This document shows, one piece after another, positions 62,701 to 64,000 of a stretch of 64,000 nt of DNA. The position numbers were made by a program, and so were the translations under genes. The DNA is from Carcharhinus longimanus (Eukaryota), in assembly GCA_030264375.1 (NCBI GenBank), contig JASCQW010000130.1:13300281-13364280 (forward strand), written 5' to 3'. How positions within the stretch are numbered: position 1 is the first letter of the stretch; each line of letters begins with the position of its first letter. The notes under the pieces are model-generated. The model saw only the letters and a program-made list of their open reading frames with translations. It made no database searches and had not been told where the DNA came from.

Positions 62701-63869
62701 AAGAATCAGATCGTTCAAACTGAAGAGTTGGGGAAAACAACCATCAGTTATAGAAAGGTAAATAAAAATAGAAACAAATAAAAGTAAAAAAAAGTAAAAC
62801 TGTTTACCAATGTGTAGTGAGAGAAGAAATCAGGCTATTTAAATTATTTTCCCTTCTGTCAGTTAAAAATCTCACAATATTCCCTGGCCTGGAATGTTGT
62901 CTTTTTCCACAGGGTTGGGATTCTCAGTGCAGTTTGCAAGAAGTGCAGGTGCAGATGTGAACTGGTGAGGAGGCCTGTCTTGGCTCTTGGCAACAGTTCT
63001 TGGTCTCCTCACATTGGTGAAAGACTCCTCAACCTCACCCTCAAACCCCCATTTCTCCCACTCCTCCTTGCCGTCCAAATCCCTCCTTCATAACCCCCCA
63101 TGTATGCTCCAAAATGATGGGTCAGGAGGAACATGATTTTTAGTGACTGGAACAGATCAAGCCTCCAGCGTCTAGAGCCAGATTACAAAATTTGTTAATA
63201 ATGATCATTTCAAAACATAACAATCTTTTAAAAAGTTACTTCTTTTGTGTAAACCTTTCAGCTCAGTTCCCTCATTGGAGATGCTGCTGTCAAATGTGTA
63301 AGTATGCAACAGTGACATCTACTGTGCAACCCAAGCATGGAGGACTTCATCAAAGATAAAATCTAGAAAGATAGATCAGCAGGACAAATAAAAGTGCTTG
63401 TAAGACTTATACTTAAAAGAAGTAACCATTTTGTACAAGATTTTTGACATCCTATTGAAATATACATGCAAATGTTTGATGTGCAGAGTCAGGTTATTTC
63501 CATTCCGGGGCTAGATGCTAATGGAGTCAGGCCCACTGCCCTGGGAAGAGTGTGGAGGCAGCCACAGGGGCTGCAGAGTGCTGAGGCAGGCTGCTAAAAG
63601 GCCCATCTCTGTACCCTGTGACTTCATCCCAGTTATAATAAAAACAGTAGGACTTTCTAGACCTCATCCCAAAGCAGCAGATATCGAGAGAATAAGGGAG
63701 AAGGAGGATGCCATCGAGTTCTTAACTTACCCAAATCTGGGTAAGGTTTGTGACCAAAATCACAAAGGCCAGGTTTTGGATAAAAGCACTTCATTGCCCC
63801 CACCCGTCTTCTCTTGTGGAGACTGTAAATAGAAGAATGAGAAAAAACAGGAGCCATATCAATAAGAGT

Positions 63870-63993
63870 AATATTCCAATGTATCATTATCTTAAAATTG
63901 TATCTTTGCCTGTGTACGCCGTGTTTGTGAACCCACCTCTCCACTTACCTGATGAAGGAGCAGTGCTCCGAAAGCTCGTGATTCAAAATAAAG
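63870..63993 (+). mobile_element. Penelope pLTR fragment
   Basis: cacttacctgatgaaggagcagtgctccgaaagctcgtgattcaaaataaa. Confidence 0.85.
63940..63988 (+). ncRNA. Minimal hammerhead ribozyme-like motif
   Basis: Core CTGATGA at 63949-63955, stem II ggagc/gctcc, GAAA at 63970-63973; stems I and III are short or uncertain. Confidence 0.65.
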
Positions 63994-64000
63994 TCCAAAT

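Overview
This is repeat-dense vertebrate genomic DNA with 11 assembly gaps. The repeat content points to a cartilaginous fish (shark): HE1/V-SINE-like tRNA SINEs, DeuSINE/SacSINE-like elements, CR1, L2, Rex1/Babar and Tx1 LINE relics, Penelope pLTRs, Gypsy LTR relics, PIF/Harbinger and hAT elements. I recognise no intact host protein-coding gene; nearly all listed ORFs are repeat-derived or span gaps. The main discovery is two dispersed, A-tailed copies (7968-8190 + and 51576-51927 -) of an element built from a remodelled U2 snRNA. The copies share diagnostic insertions, so they may represent a U2-derived SINE or variant-snRNA retroposon family. Other findings: two Harbinger relics rearranged into inverted chimeras, a prolific ~120-bp Harbinger-type MITE family, hammerhead-ribozyme cores in Penelope pLTRs, a tandem tRNA-Glu/tRNA-Ser-like pair, and a ~5-kb segment bounded by two different ends of one LTR family inside a split SINE. 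Coordinates were read by eye and are approximate unless a TSD or TIR is quoted. Family names come from recalled consensus motifs, not database searches.
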